This document shows, piece by piece, positions 1 to 8,229 of a stretch of DNA of 27,705 nt (the stretch's first letter is position 1; every line of letters starts with the position of its first letter). A program made the translations under genes and the position numbers. Source of the stretch: Candidatus Bathyarchaeota archaeon (GTDB lineage: Archaea; Thermoproteota; Bathyarchaeia; TCS64); NCBI GenBank assembly GCA_003662205.1, contig QMXQ01000001.1, positions 1 to 27,705 on the forward strand. Direction: 5' to 3'. Below the pieces are notes generated by a model. That model saw only the letters and a list, made by a program, of their open reading frames with translations. It was not told the DNA's origin and made no database searches.

Positions 1-1
1 C

Positions 2-784
2 TCCGACATCGTGCTCCTCGACGTGACCCCCCTCTCCCTCGGGGTCGAGACCCTCGGCGGCGTCTTCACCAAGGTCATAGAGCGGAACACGACAATCCCC
101 GTGAAGCGGAGCCAGATCTTCACGACGGCCGCCGACTTCCAGACCGCTGTCACCATCCACATCCTCCAGGGGGAGAGGGCGATGGCCAAGGACAACATCA
201 GCCTCGGCCGCTTCGACCTCACCGGCATCCCCCCGGCGCCCCGGGGCGTCCCCCAGATCGAGGTCACCTTCGACATCAATGCCGACGGCGTCCTCAACGT
301 CTCGGCGAAGGACCTCGGCACGGGCAAGGAGATGGGCATCACCATAACCGCCTCGACGAAGCTGACCCCGGAGGAGAAGGAGCGGATGATCAGGGAGGCG
401 GAGCAGTTCGCGGAGCAGGACCGCCGGGCCAGGGAGGAGGCGGAGGCCCGGAACACGGCGGACTCCCTCATCTACACGACGGAGAAGACCCTCAGCGAGA
501 TCGGAGATAAGCTCACCAAGGAGCAGAAATCCAAGGTCCAGAAGGGATTAGAGGCGCTGAAGGAGGCGCTGAAATCAGGAGGCGTCGCGGAGATCAACGC
601 CAAGATCGAGGAGCTGAGGAAGGCGGTGCAGGAGGCCGGCGCCGCGGTCTACCAGCAGGCGGCGGCCCAGCATGCCCAGCAGCAGGCCTCCCAGCAGACG
701 CCGCCCCCGGGCGGGGAGCAACAGGGGAAGAAGACCGTGGACGCGGAGTATAAGGTCGTAGACGAAGAAGAGAAAAAGAAGTAA
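2..784 (+). CDS. dnaK: Hsp70 chaperone DnaK, C-terminal part (runs off the left edge)
   Basis: Open frame from base 2 ([20 protein letters not shown]). Substrate-binding domain motifs [31 protein letters not shown]. Ends in a Q-rich tail and DAEYKVVD. Confidence 0.98.
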   Translation, partial: SDIVLLDVTPLSLGVETLGGVFTKVIERNTTIPVKRSQIFTTAADFQTAVTIHILQGERAMAKDNISLGRFDLTGIPPAPRGVPQIEVTFDINADGVLNVSAKDLGTGKEMGITITASTKLTPEEKERMIREAEQFAEQDRRAREEAEARNTADSLIYTTEKTLSEIGDKLTKEQKSKVQKGLEALKEALKSGGVAEINAKIEELRKAVQEAGAAVYQQAAAQHAQQQASQQTPPPGGEQQGKKTVDAEYKVVDEEEKKK

Positions 785-800
785 CAGAAACCGACGAGTT

Positions 801-2015
801 TTATTCCAACCATTCTTCTCGCAGGGTGCCTCTTGAATGAGGCGGTTCTTTTCCCATCGTCGTGTAGATCAGGGCGGTAGCCACCAGCACCGTTGCGGAG
901 ACGGCTAGCAGGGCCGTGTTGTAGCCCTGGGTGTCTATGAGGAACCCGACGGTGAATGTGGAGAGGACGCCCACTATGTTCCCGGTCATGGTGACGACCC
1001 CCAGCCCCACCGACCTCAGGTGGAAGGGCAGCGCAGCCGTGACGGAGGCGTATATGATGGGCGAGAAAGAGTATAGGACTAGGCCTATCAGCATGAAGAC
1101 GAGGGAGAGCTCGTACGCTCCCCTGAAGTGGGTGAGGGACATTATGAACACTCCGCTGAGGGCGGCGGCTGCGCATATCGCGTTCCTCCTGCCCAGCTTC
1201 TCCGCGGCGAACCCGCTTGAGATTTTGGCGAAGAACCCCGCCGCGGGCAGGATCATGGAGATGAACCCCGCCGTCGCGAGGCTCAGGCCGCGGAACTCGA
1301 CGAGGTAGATGGGGGCGAAGTTGAAGAGGGTCCGCAGGCACAGGTTATAGACGGCGTGGGCCAGCGCCAGCGGCACGAGGAAACGGCTGAAGCTCCGCAG
1401 CCCCAAGCCTCTGTCCGGATTCATCTCAACGGGGTGGGAAGAGTCCATCTCGTCCTCGTCGCCTCTCAACAGAATCGCTGTGGCAACCGCCAGGGCGAAG
1501 GCCGGAAGAGACAGGAGGAAGAAGGCCCACCTCCAGCCCCACGATGAGGCGATGGCCACGGCGAGGGGCAGCGCAATCGCGTTCCCGACGTTGGGCCCCG
1601 ACTCGTGGAATCCTATGATCCTCCCCTGCCTGCTCCCGAACCTCTCCGAGAGGAGGGTGTTCGCCAGGGGGAGGTGTATCCCCTGGAAGAGGCCGACAAG
1701 GAACCTGAGGATGAGGAAGTGGACAAAGCTAGCCGCGGCCAAGTTCAACATGGTGGCGAAGCCGTAGCCGACCATCCCGAGGATGAGGGCTCTCTTGATG
1801 CCGATCCTCCTCGCCATCAGCCCCGCCGGTATCTTGATCAGGATGTACCCCATCAGGTAGACAGTTCCAAACATCCCCGCCTGGGCGTGGGTAATCCCCA
1901 GCTCCTCCACCAGGATCGGGAGGACGGGTGGCAGCGCCGATCTGCAGAGGTATATCGATATCCACCCGAACCAGCACAGCAGCAGAACCGTGTAGCCGTA
2001 GCTCCAACGCCTCAA
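801..2015 (-). CDS. MFS transporter, substrate unknown
   Basis: 404 aa with about 12 hydrophobic segments. Motif-A-like loops (GLMARRIGIKR, GFAAEKLGRRN) and two-fold 6+6 organisation. TTG start. Confidence 0.9.
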   Translation of the reverse strand: MRRWSYGYTVLLLCWFGWISIYLCRSALPPVLPILVEELGITHAQAGMFGTVYLMGYILIKIPAGLMARRIGIKRALILGMVGYGFATMLNLAAASFVHFLILRFLVGLFQGIHLPLANTLLSERFGSRQGRIIGFHESGPNVGNAIALPLAVAIASSWGWRWAFFLLSLPAFALAVATAILLRGDEDEMDSSHPVEMNPDRGLGLRSFSRFLVPLALAHAVYNLCLRTLFNFAPIYLVEFRGLSLATAGFISMILPAAGFFAKISSGFAAEKLGRRNAICAAAALSGVFIMSLTHFRGAYELSLVFMLIGLVLYSFSPIIYASVTAALPFHLRSVGLGVVTMTGNIVGVLSTFTVGFLIDTQGYNTALLAVSATVLVATALIYTTMGKEPPHSRGTLREEWLE

Positions 2016-2079
2016 ATCCGTCCACTCTACTCAACTCCCCGCTTACTAGATATTATCCTTAGCATCTCACCCGGCTCCG

Positions 2080-2094
2080 TAAACTGTTATAAAG
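2080..2094 (+). promoter_or_regulatory. Putative archaeal TATA box for the M28 peptidase
   Basis: TTATAAAG at 2087-2094, about 30 nt upstream of ATG 2125, which implies a very short or absent leader. Confidence 0.55.
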
Positions 2095-2124
2095 AACCCA
2101 AACTCACTACCTTAGATCGCAACC

Positions 2125-3537
2125 ATGTTGGATGAAGAACTTCTCACAGTCGAGCGCGAAGTCATCGGCGACATCTGGCAGAGCGGCGAGATCTACCGGA
2201 ACATGCTCTACATGGCCGACGAGCTCGGCAGCAGGTTCCCGGGGACCGAGAGCGAGAGGAAGGCCCAGGAGTACCTGCTGAAGAAGCTCAGAGAGTACGG
2301 CTACGAGAACGCCCACGCGGACGAGTTCACCTACTACGGGTGGAAGCGCGGCCCCGTCACCCTGGAGATGGTCGAGCCCTACCAGAGGGAGTTCGAGGCC
2401 ATCGCCCTGGCCATGTCTCCCGGGGGCGAGGTCGAGGGGGAGGTCGTCAACCTCGGAACCGGCAGCCCCGAGGAGTTCGAGGCCATCGACCCCGAGACCG
2501 TGAAGGGCAAGATCGTTCTCTGCTCCAGCGCGACGAGCCCCTCGGGGAAGCGCGTCCACAGGCGGACGAAGTACGGCTACGCCGTGGAGTACGGCGCCGT
2601 CGGCTTCATCTTCATGAACCACAACCCCGGGCAGCTGCCGCCGACGGGGAGCCTCAGGCCCGCGTACAAGATGGGCGGCGAGATCCCGGGCATCGGCGTC
2701 AGCCTGGAGACCGGGTCGCTGATGCTCCGCCTCGCCAAGGGCAGGGCCCTCAAGGTCAGGTTCCGCGACGAGAGCAGGGTCATCCCGAACGCCGTCTCCG
2801 CCAACATCGTCGCCGAACTCCCGGGAACCTCGAAGAAGGACGAGTGGATCGTGGTCGGCGGTCACTACGACGGCCACGACATCTCCCAGGGGGCCATGGA
2901 CAACCTCTCCGGGACCGCCGTCACCCTGGAGCTGGCGAGGGCCCTGAAGAGGTACGAGGGCAGGTTCAAGCGGAGCATCCGGTTCATCTGCTTCGCCTGC
3001 GAGGAGATAGGCGTCACCGGGGCCACCTGCTACGTGGACAAACACAAGGACGAGATGAAGGACGTCGCCGTCATGGTCAACCTCGAACTCGGGGGCCTGG
3101 CCTACAAGGACGGCACCAAGCACGCGGCCTTCACCGTCTACCAGCCGCCGGAGCTGAAGGAGAAGCTGAAGGCCTTCATCGACGAGATCGGGTATCCCAC
3201 ATCCATCCATGGGGGGACGTCCGCCGCATCCGACCACTGGCCCTTCTACATGCAGGGGGTGCCAACCCTCTACATGCACGCGGAGCTCTCACCCCAGCTC
3301 CTCATCGTCGGCAGGGGGTGGGGCCACACCTCCGCTGACATGATGGACAAAGTGGACCCCCGGAACCTACAGGAGGGCGCCATGGTGCTGGTCAGGCTGC
3401 TGCTGAGGCTCGCCAACCAGGAGGAGAAGATCGCGAAACACACCCCCCTCGACGAGATCATAAGGCACCTCGAAGAGACGGGGATGAAGAAGACCCTGGA
3501 GATCCAGAAGAAGTGGCACCCCCACAGCGTCAGGTAG
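2125..3537 (+). CDS. M28-family zinc aminopeptidase with PA domain, no signal peptide
   Basis: Metal-ligand motifs GGHYD, GAMDNLSG, FACEEIG, SDH and GHTSAD. PA-domain insert around VKGKIVL. Confidence 0.9.
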   Translation: MLDEELLTVEREVIGDIWQSGEIYRNMLYMADELGSRFPGTESERKAQEYLLKKLREYGYENAHADEFTYYGWKRGPVTLEMVEPYQREFEAIALAMSPGGEVEGEVVNLGTGSPEEFEAIDPETVKGKIVLCSSATSPSGKRVHRRTKYGYAVEYGAVGFIFMNHNPGQLPPTGSLRPAYKMGGEIPGIGVSLETGSLMLRLAKGRALKVRFRDESRVIPNAVSANIVAELPGTSKKDEWIVVGGHYDGHDISQGAMDNLSGTAVTLELARALKRYEGRFKRSIRFICFACEEIGVTGATCYVDKHKDEMKDVAVMVNLELGGLAYKDGTKHAAFTVYQPPELKEKLKAFIDEIGYPTSIHGGTSAASDHWPFYMQGVPTLYMHAELSPQLLIVGRGWGHTSADMMDKVDPRNLQEGAMVLVRLLLRLANQEEKIAKHTPLDEIIRHLEETGMKKTLEIQKKWHPHSVR

Positions 3538-3569
3538 GCTGCGGACGAGTTCAGTACGCGCCCACACCC

Positions 3570-3575
3570 TTTTTT
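3570..3575 (+). terminator. Putative oligo-T terminator after the M28 gene
   Basis: T6 run 33 nt after the stop codon, within a pyrimidine-rich tract. Confidence 0.4.
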
Positions 3576-3593
3576 CTGTCAAGTCCCTTCACA

Positions 3594-3605
3594 CAAGCTT
3601 AATAT
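3594..3605 (+). promoter_or_regulatory. Putative BRE/TATA (AAGCTTAATAT) for the 3634 gene pair
   Basis: About 28 nt upstream of ATG 3634. The same AAGCTTAA core recurs upstream of purA and the M20 gene. Confidence 0.55.
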
Positions 3606-3633
3606 GAGGAGCCCTTGAAAGAACTCGACAAGT

Positions 3634-3918
3634 ATGAAAAAATTAACGATCATTTACAGCCCCCAGTGCCCATGGAACACCCACTTTATGGGCGAGATCA
3701 CGAATTGGGCTTCGTCCCATGATGTTGAGATAGAAGAAATAGACGTTTTTGAGGCGTACGAGACTGCTAAAACCTATCTGGAGAAGACAACGATCGGCTT
3801 CACCAGGCACATGTTCATCACCGTTTTCGTCGATGGAGAATGGGTCCCCGGACACCCCGGCAACCCCGAATTTAAAACCCATCTTCTGAAGGCCCTAGGA
3901 GAAGCCACCGATGATTGA
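3634..3918 (+). CDS. Small thioredoxin-fold protein resembling the C-terminal YoaP domain
   Basis: IIYSPQCPW motif with a single Cys, and C-terminal TVFVDGEWV. Codon usage is more AT-rich than the neighbours. It overlaps the next gene by 8 nt (ATGATTGA). Confidence 0.65.
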   Translation: MKKLTIIYSPQCPWNTHFMGEITNWASSHDVEIEEIDVFEAYETAKTYLEKTTIGFTRHMFITVFVDGEWVPGHPGNPEFKTHLLKALGEATDD

Positions 3919-4429
3919 GATGCTGCCTCTCAACGAGGAGACCATGGACCTTGAGATAGACCTATGTCTTAGATTCCACCCCTCCGGCATCGTCCCGGAT
4001 GGGAAGAACGCGGAGAGGGGGAGGGCTTTGAAGAAGCGTTTTCTGCGGAGGGTTTTTGATAAGGTCAGCCCAGCCGGCTTTGTTGCGGTAAGGGGCGGGA
4101 AACCCGTCGGCCTGTTAGAGCTGATGCCGCGGGCGTACGCGCGTGTGAGCGGCTACATCACGGGGAGGAGAGGGCACGACGACCACACTCTGACCATCGC
4201 CTGCCTTGAGGTCGCCGTAGGCGAGAATAGGAAGGAGGTGATGGAGAAACTGGTTAACCATTTAACGGGTAACCTACGGGTGTTCCGCCCGTACCGACAG
4301 ATAGAGGTGGGCGCATTCCCCGGGGACGTCGAGTTCCACCCGGCATGGGTATATGAAAGGAGCGGCTTCAGCGTGGTTGAGGATCGAGGGGCGGCGAGGC
4401 TGTTAGCTGTTTTGATACCTCAAAAATGA
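3911..4429 (+). CDS. GNAT-fold protein resembling the N-terminal part of YoaP-like proteins
   Basis: Pattern LKKRFL...GKPVGLLELMP...LTIACLEV...FHPAWVYERSGFSVV matches the GNAT strand/helix order as seen in YoaP-type proteins (recalled, not searched). Confidence 0.6.
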   Translation: MIEMLPLNEETMDLEIDLCLRFHPSGIVPDGKNAERGRALKKRFLRRVFDKVSPAGFVAVRGGKPVGLLELMPRAYARVSGYITGRRGHDDHTLTIACLEVAVGENRKEVMEKLVNHLTGNLRVFRPYRQIEVGAFPGDVEFHPAWVYERSGFSVVEDRGAARLLAVLIPQK

Positions 4430-4553
4430 AGCCGCTGAACGCCCTTGGAGCCGGAGCCTATTGATGGCTCTGGTTTGACTCGTCGTCTTTTGTAAACATT
4501 TTTCAGGTAGGTCGAATGTTTCATTGCTGGATTGCGGTCGCGGGTGGTGCTTG

Positions 4554-5684
4554 TTGGCGGGCAAGCGGGATTACTACGAGGTTCTCGGCGTCGATCGCAA
4601 CGCTTCTCAGGACGAGATCAAGCGGGCGTTCCGCAAGCTCGCCTTCAAGTACCACCCCGACCGGAACAAGAGCCCTGACGCGGAGGAGAAGTTCAAGGAG
4701 ATATCGGAGGCGTACGCCGTCCTCTCCGACCCCGAGAAGCGGCGGCAGTACGACGCCTTCGGCTTCGACGGCATCCGCGGCCGCTACACGGCGGAGGACA
4801 TCTTCAACCAGACCCGGTTCCGGGACATCTTCACGGAGTTCGGCTTCAACTTCGACGACCTCTTCAGCCGCATCTTCGGCGGCGGCTTCGGGGGCTTCAA
4901 CTTCCAGCAGGTCCGCACGGGACCCCGGCGCGGCCGCGACCTGAAGACCCAGATCGAGGTGACGCTGGAGCAGGCGGCCTTCGGCACCGAGGTTGAGATC
5001 ACCCTGCCCCGGCTGAGAAAATGCAGCCGGTGCGGCGGCACGGGGGCCGAGCCCGGTAGTAGCGTGGTGACCTGCCCCAAATGCGGCGGCACGGGGCGGA
5101 TCGAGCACCGAACCGTCTCGGGGTTCGCCCAGATGATCCGCGTCGTCCCCTGCGACCGATGCGGCGGCAGAGGGAGGGTCGCCGAGAAGCCCTGCAGGAC
5201 GTGCGGGGGCGACGGCCTGGAGGAGCGGAGGACCCGGCTCCAGGTCAAGGTGCCGCCTGGCATCGAGGACGGCGCCTACCTGGTCCTGAGGGGGCAGGGG
5301 GAGGACGGCCCCTACGGCGGACCGCCCGGGGATCTCTACGTCACGGTCAGGATCAAGCCCCACCCGTACCTCCTCAGGCGGGGGCGGGATATCATCTACG
5401 AGGCCGAGATCAACTTTCCCCAGGCCGCCCTCGGGGCGGAGATCAAGGTCCCGACGCTGACGGGCGAGACGACGCTCAGGGTGCCCCCGGGGACGCAGAG
5501 CGGCACCATACTCCGGCTGAAGGGGAAGGGCATCCGCGGCCGCTTCGGCAGGGGGGACCAGCTCGTCCACATCAACGTCCGGGTTCCGAAGAGGCTGACC
5601 CTGAGGCAGCGAGAGCTGATCGAGAAGCTCGCGAAGGAGTTCGGATCGGAGGAGCCCAGAAGGCGCTCGTGGTGGCGGAGGTAG
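4554..5684 (+). CDS. dnaJ: Class A J-domain co-chaperone DnaJ
   Basis: J domain with HPD, G/F-rich region and four CxxCxGxG repeats ([32 protein letters not shown]). Likely start is TTG 4554 (MAGKRDYY), behind GGGTGG. The ORF is open from 4524. Confidence 0.97.
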   Translation: MAGKRDYYEVLGVDRNASQDEIKRAFRKLAFKYHPDRNKSPDAEEKFKEISEAYAVLSDPEKRRQYDAFGFDGIRGRYTAEDIFNQTRFRDIFTEFGFNFDDLFSRIFGGGFGGFNFQQVRTGPRRGRDLKTQIEVTLEQAAFGTEVEITLPRLRKCSRCGGTGAEPGSSVVTCPKCGGTGRIEHRTVSGFAQMIRVVPCDRCGGRGRVAEKPCRTCGGDGLEERRTRLQVKVPPGIEDGAYLVLRGQGEDGPYGGPPGDLYVTVRIKPHPYLLRRGRDIIYEAEINFPQAALGAEIKVPTLTGETTLRVPPGTQSGTILRLKGKGIRGRFGRGDQLVHINVRVPKRLTLRQRELIEKLAKEFGSEEPRRRSWWRR

Positions 5685-5687
5685 CCC

Positions 5688-6686
5688 CTACCGCCTGTCT
5701 ATGACCTCCTTCAGGCCGGGGCCCGTCCCGATGAGGGTCACGGGCAGCCCGATCTCCTCCTCGATTCTGCCGACGAAGCTCTTCGCCTCGGGGCCGAGTT
5801 CCTCGAAGCTGGTGAGGCCCTTGCACTCGGGGTAGAGGATGTCGAGCTTCGTGACCGCGATCTGGGTCGCCCCGTTGATCATCGCCGCCCTCCTCGCCAG
5901 ATCGAAGTTGAAGGGGGCGGCCCTCCTCTGCCTCCCCGTCACCGTCCCATACTCGTCCCAGCCCCGCCTCTTCGCCTCCTCGTGGCTTATCTCGCCGGGG
6001 AGGTCGCCGGCGCCCACCCTGGTGACGTAGGCCTTGAAGACGAGCACCACCTCGTCGACCCTGGTGGGGCCGACGCCGACGTCGGAGCAGGCGGCGGAGG
6101 CGCAGACGTCCTTCGACGTCACGTAGGGGTAGGTGCCGTGGTAGAGGCTGATGTAGGTGCCCTGGGTCCCCTCGATGATGACGGCCCCGCCCTCGTCGAG
6201 GACCCTGTTCAGCTCCGCGGGGACATCGGTCAGATAGGGCCTCAGCTCGGGGACCTCCCTCGCCATCTTCGCCGTCCTCATCGCCCTGTCGGCGTTGCAC
6301 GGCCCGGTCCCCGTCCCCGTGGTCTGGATCTTCCCCTTCAGGTGTCCCCTCCTGTCGATCTCGATGTGCCTGGGCTCGATGACGGCGCACTGGGGGTCCA
6401 GGCCGAACCGATCCTCGACGCCGAGCTCTCCGACCTCCTTGAGGACGATGTCGGGGTTGACGACGACCCCCGGCCCTATAAGCAGCCTCGTCCCTGGGTT
6501 GACGAAGGCACAGGGGACCATCCTGAGCTTATAGGTCCTCCCGTCCCTGACGACGGTGTGACCGGCGTTCGGCCCCACCCCCGCCCTCGCGCAGACGGCG
6601 GCGCCGTCGGCGACGGCGAGGTACGAGACGATCTTACCCTTCCCGGTGTCCCCGAAGAACCCGTCCACTACGACCGTGCACCCCAT
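5688..6686 (-). CDS. purA: Adenylosuccinate synthetase, short archaeal type
   Basis: GDTGKGK P-loop, NAGHT, EGTQG, YPYVTS, GTVTGRQRR and TKLD motifs; 332 aa. Confidence 0.96.
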   Translation of the reverse strand: MGCTVVVDGFFGDTGKGKIVSYLAVADGAAVCARAGVGPNAGHTVVRDGRTYKLRMVPCAFVNPGTRLLIGPGVVVNPDIVLKEVGELGVEDRFGLDPQCAVIEPRHIEIDRRGHLKGKIQTTGTGTGPCNADRAMRTAKMAREVPELRPYLTDVPAELNRVLDEGGAVIIEGTQGTYISLYHGTYPYVTSKDVCASAACSDVGVGPTRVDEVVLVFKAYVTRVGAGDLPGEISHEEAKRRGWDEYGTVTGRQRRAAPFNFDLARRAAMINGATQIAVTKLDILYPECKGLTSFEELGPEAKSFVGRIEEEIGLPVTLIGTGPGLKEVIDRR

Positions 6687-6722
6687 ACAAATCCGACCTG
6701 AGACGCATTCAACACGACCTTG

Positions 6723-6737
6723 AAAAATTTAAGCTTT
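6723..6737 (-). promoter_or_regulatory. Putative BRE/TATA for purA
   Basis: The minus strand reads AAAGCTTAAATTTTT, about 36-50 nt upstream of the purA start. Confidence 0.5.
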
Positions 6738-6856
6738 CCGTAATGATGACGCCGAGACCATCAGTAAATTAACATTTCCACGTCAAAACACGGGAGGGGC
6801 TAACCCTAAATACCGGAGGCTATCATGGAACCCTCAGGACCGGGAGGCGAACTCGA

Positions 6857-7318
6857 TTGGTTCAGTTCAAGGAGCACCTCAGCTATCAGGTGAACGTCGA
6901 TTGGGATGGAGCGAGCGGCGGGCTGGTCGAATGCGAGAACTGCGGCGATCTGAAGCTGGACATGCCCTGCGAGTTCTCCGGCCTCGAGCGCAGCCCTTGC
7001 CCCGACCAGCTGTTCCTGGCCGCCATCGGCGGCTGCCTCCTCACAACCTTTCTGCACTTCAAGAATCGGCTCAACCTGGACGTCGAAGACGTAAGGATCA
7101 CAGTTTCGGCGGAGATAGATCTCAAACCGTCCGAGGGGTATCGCATCGGGTCGGTTACCGCCGTCATGCGGATCAGGGCCGACGCGGAGGACGCGGAGCT
7201 GGCGAGGAGGTGCGCCGAGCTGGCGAGGGACTACTGCCACATAACGCGGTCCATCGAGCCCTCCCTCCCGGTGGATGTCGCCATCGAGGTCACGGCGCCG
7301 CAGCCTCAAGGTGAGTAA
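6857..7318 (+). CDS. OsmC/Ohr-family protein, unusually Cys-rich
   Basis: PDQLFLAAIGGC and RDYCHITRS carry the two family Cys. TTG start with GGAGG 9 nt upstream. Confidence 0.85.
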   Translation: MVQFKEHLSYQVNVDWDGASGGLVECENCGDLKLDMPCEFSGLERSPCPDQLFLAAIGGCLLTTFLHFKNRLNLDVEDVRITVSAEIDLKPSEGYRIGSVTAVMRIRADAEDAELARRCAELARDYCHITRSIEPSLPVDVAIEVTAPQPQGE

Positions 7319-7348
7319 ATGTTTTGTGGGGTTGAGGCTCTCCTATAG

Positions 7349-8158
7349 GTGGTGGCCCCCTTGACGACCCAGATCGGCATACTTGTGGTGGGGAACGAGA
7401 TCCTCGACGGCATAGTGTTGGACACGAACAGCCACTGGATCATAAATCAGCTGAAGGCCCTGAACCTGCACGTGAAGGAGAAGGTGACGGTCAGGGACGA
7501 GGTGCCCGAGATCGCGAAGGCGCTGAGGCGGCTCATCGCCGACGGCTGCACCCTCGTCTTCACCACCGGGGGCTTGGGGCCGACCCACGACGACAAGACC
7601 CTGAGCGGCGTCGCCGAGGCCTTCGGTCTCCCTCTTGAGCTGAACGAGGAGGCGTTGAGTATCGTCACCCGTCAGTACAGGGATCTCCACGAGCGGGGCG
7701 TCATCGAGACGGCTGAGATGACGGAGGCCCGGCGGAAGATGGCCGTGCTGCCCAAGGGCGCCAAGCCCCTTGACAACAGGGTGGGGGGCGCGCCCGGGGT
7801 GCTGCTCGACGTCGAGGGGGCGCAGATCGTCTGCCTCCCGGGCGTCCCGGGGGAGTTGATGTGGATATTCGACAACCAGCTGCTCGCCCTGCTGAAGCAG
7901 AGGGTGGAGGGGGCCTTCGCGGAGAAGATCATCTACCTGCCCCTCAGGGACGAGTCGACCCTCGCCCCCATCATCGACGAGGTGATGAAAGACGTCCCCG
8001 ACGTCTACATCAAGTCGATGGTCAAGCCCTACGGCGAGTCCGGCATCAGGCTCTGGATCTCCGCCAGGGGCAACTCCCAGGCCAAGGTCGAGGAGCGGGT
8101 GAGCCGGGTCGCCAACCTCCTGATACAGCTCTGCGAGGAGCAGCTCCCCAACGGCTAG
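7349..8158 (+). CDS. CinA-like (COG1058) molybdopterin-binding-fold nucleotide pyrophosphatase, lacking a PncC domain
   Basis: VGNEILDG...DTN, TTGGLGPTHDDKT and LPGVPGEL motifs, followed by a short C-terminal alpha/beta domain. GTG start. Confidence 0.88.
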   Translation: MVAPLTTQIGILVVGNEILDGIVLDTNSHWIINQLKALNLHVKEKVTVRDEVPEIAKALRRLIADGCTLVFTTGGLGPTHDDKTLSGVAEAFGLPLELNEEALSIVTRQYRDLHERGVIETAEMTEARRKMAVLPKGAKPLDNRVGGAPGVLLDVEGAQIVCLPGVPGELMWIFDNQLLALLKQRVEGAFAEKIIYLPLRDESTLAPIIDEVMKDVPDVYIKSMVKPYGESGIRLWISARGNSQAKVEERVSRVANLLIQLCEEQLPNG

Positions 8159-8229
8159 CCCCGTTGACGCCGCCTCTCCTCGAAGGGTAAGTGAAATAAA
8201 CGTGTTGAAGGTTAACGTGATCGATCATT

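Noticed and set aside
792-4486. CGACGAGT inverted match near both ends of the dnaK-dnaJ intervening block
   Set aside because: It is only 8 bp, with no target duplication and no transposase, which is within chance expectation.
6825-6893. 22-codon ORF with GGAGG overlapping the OsmC start
   Set aside because: OsmC has its own SD and a complete-looking N-terminus. The short ORF has no features and is probably chance.
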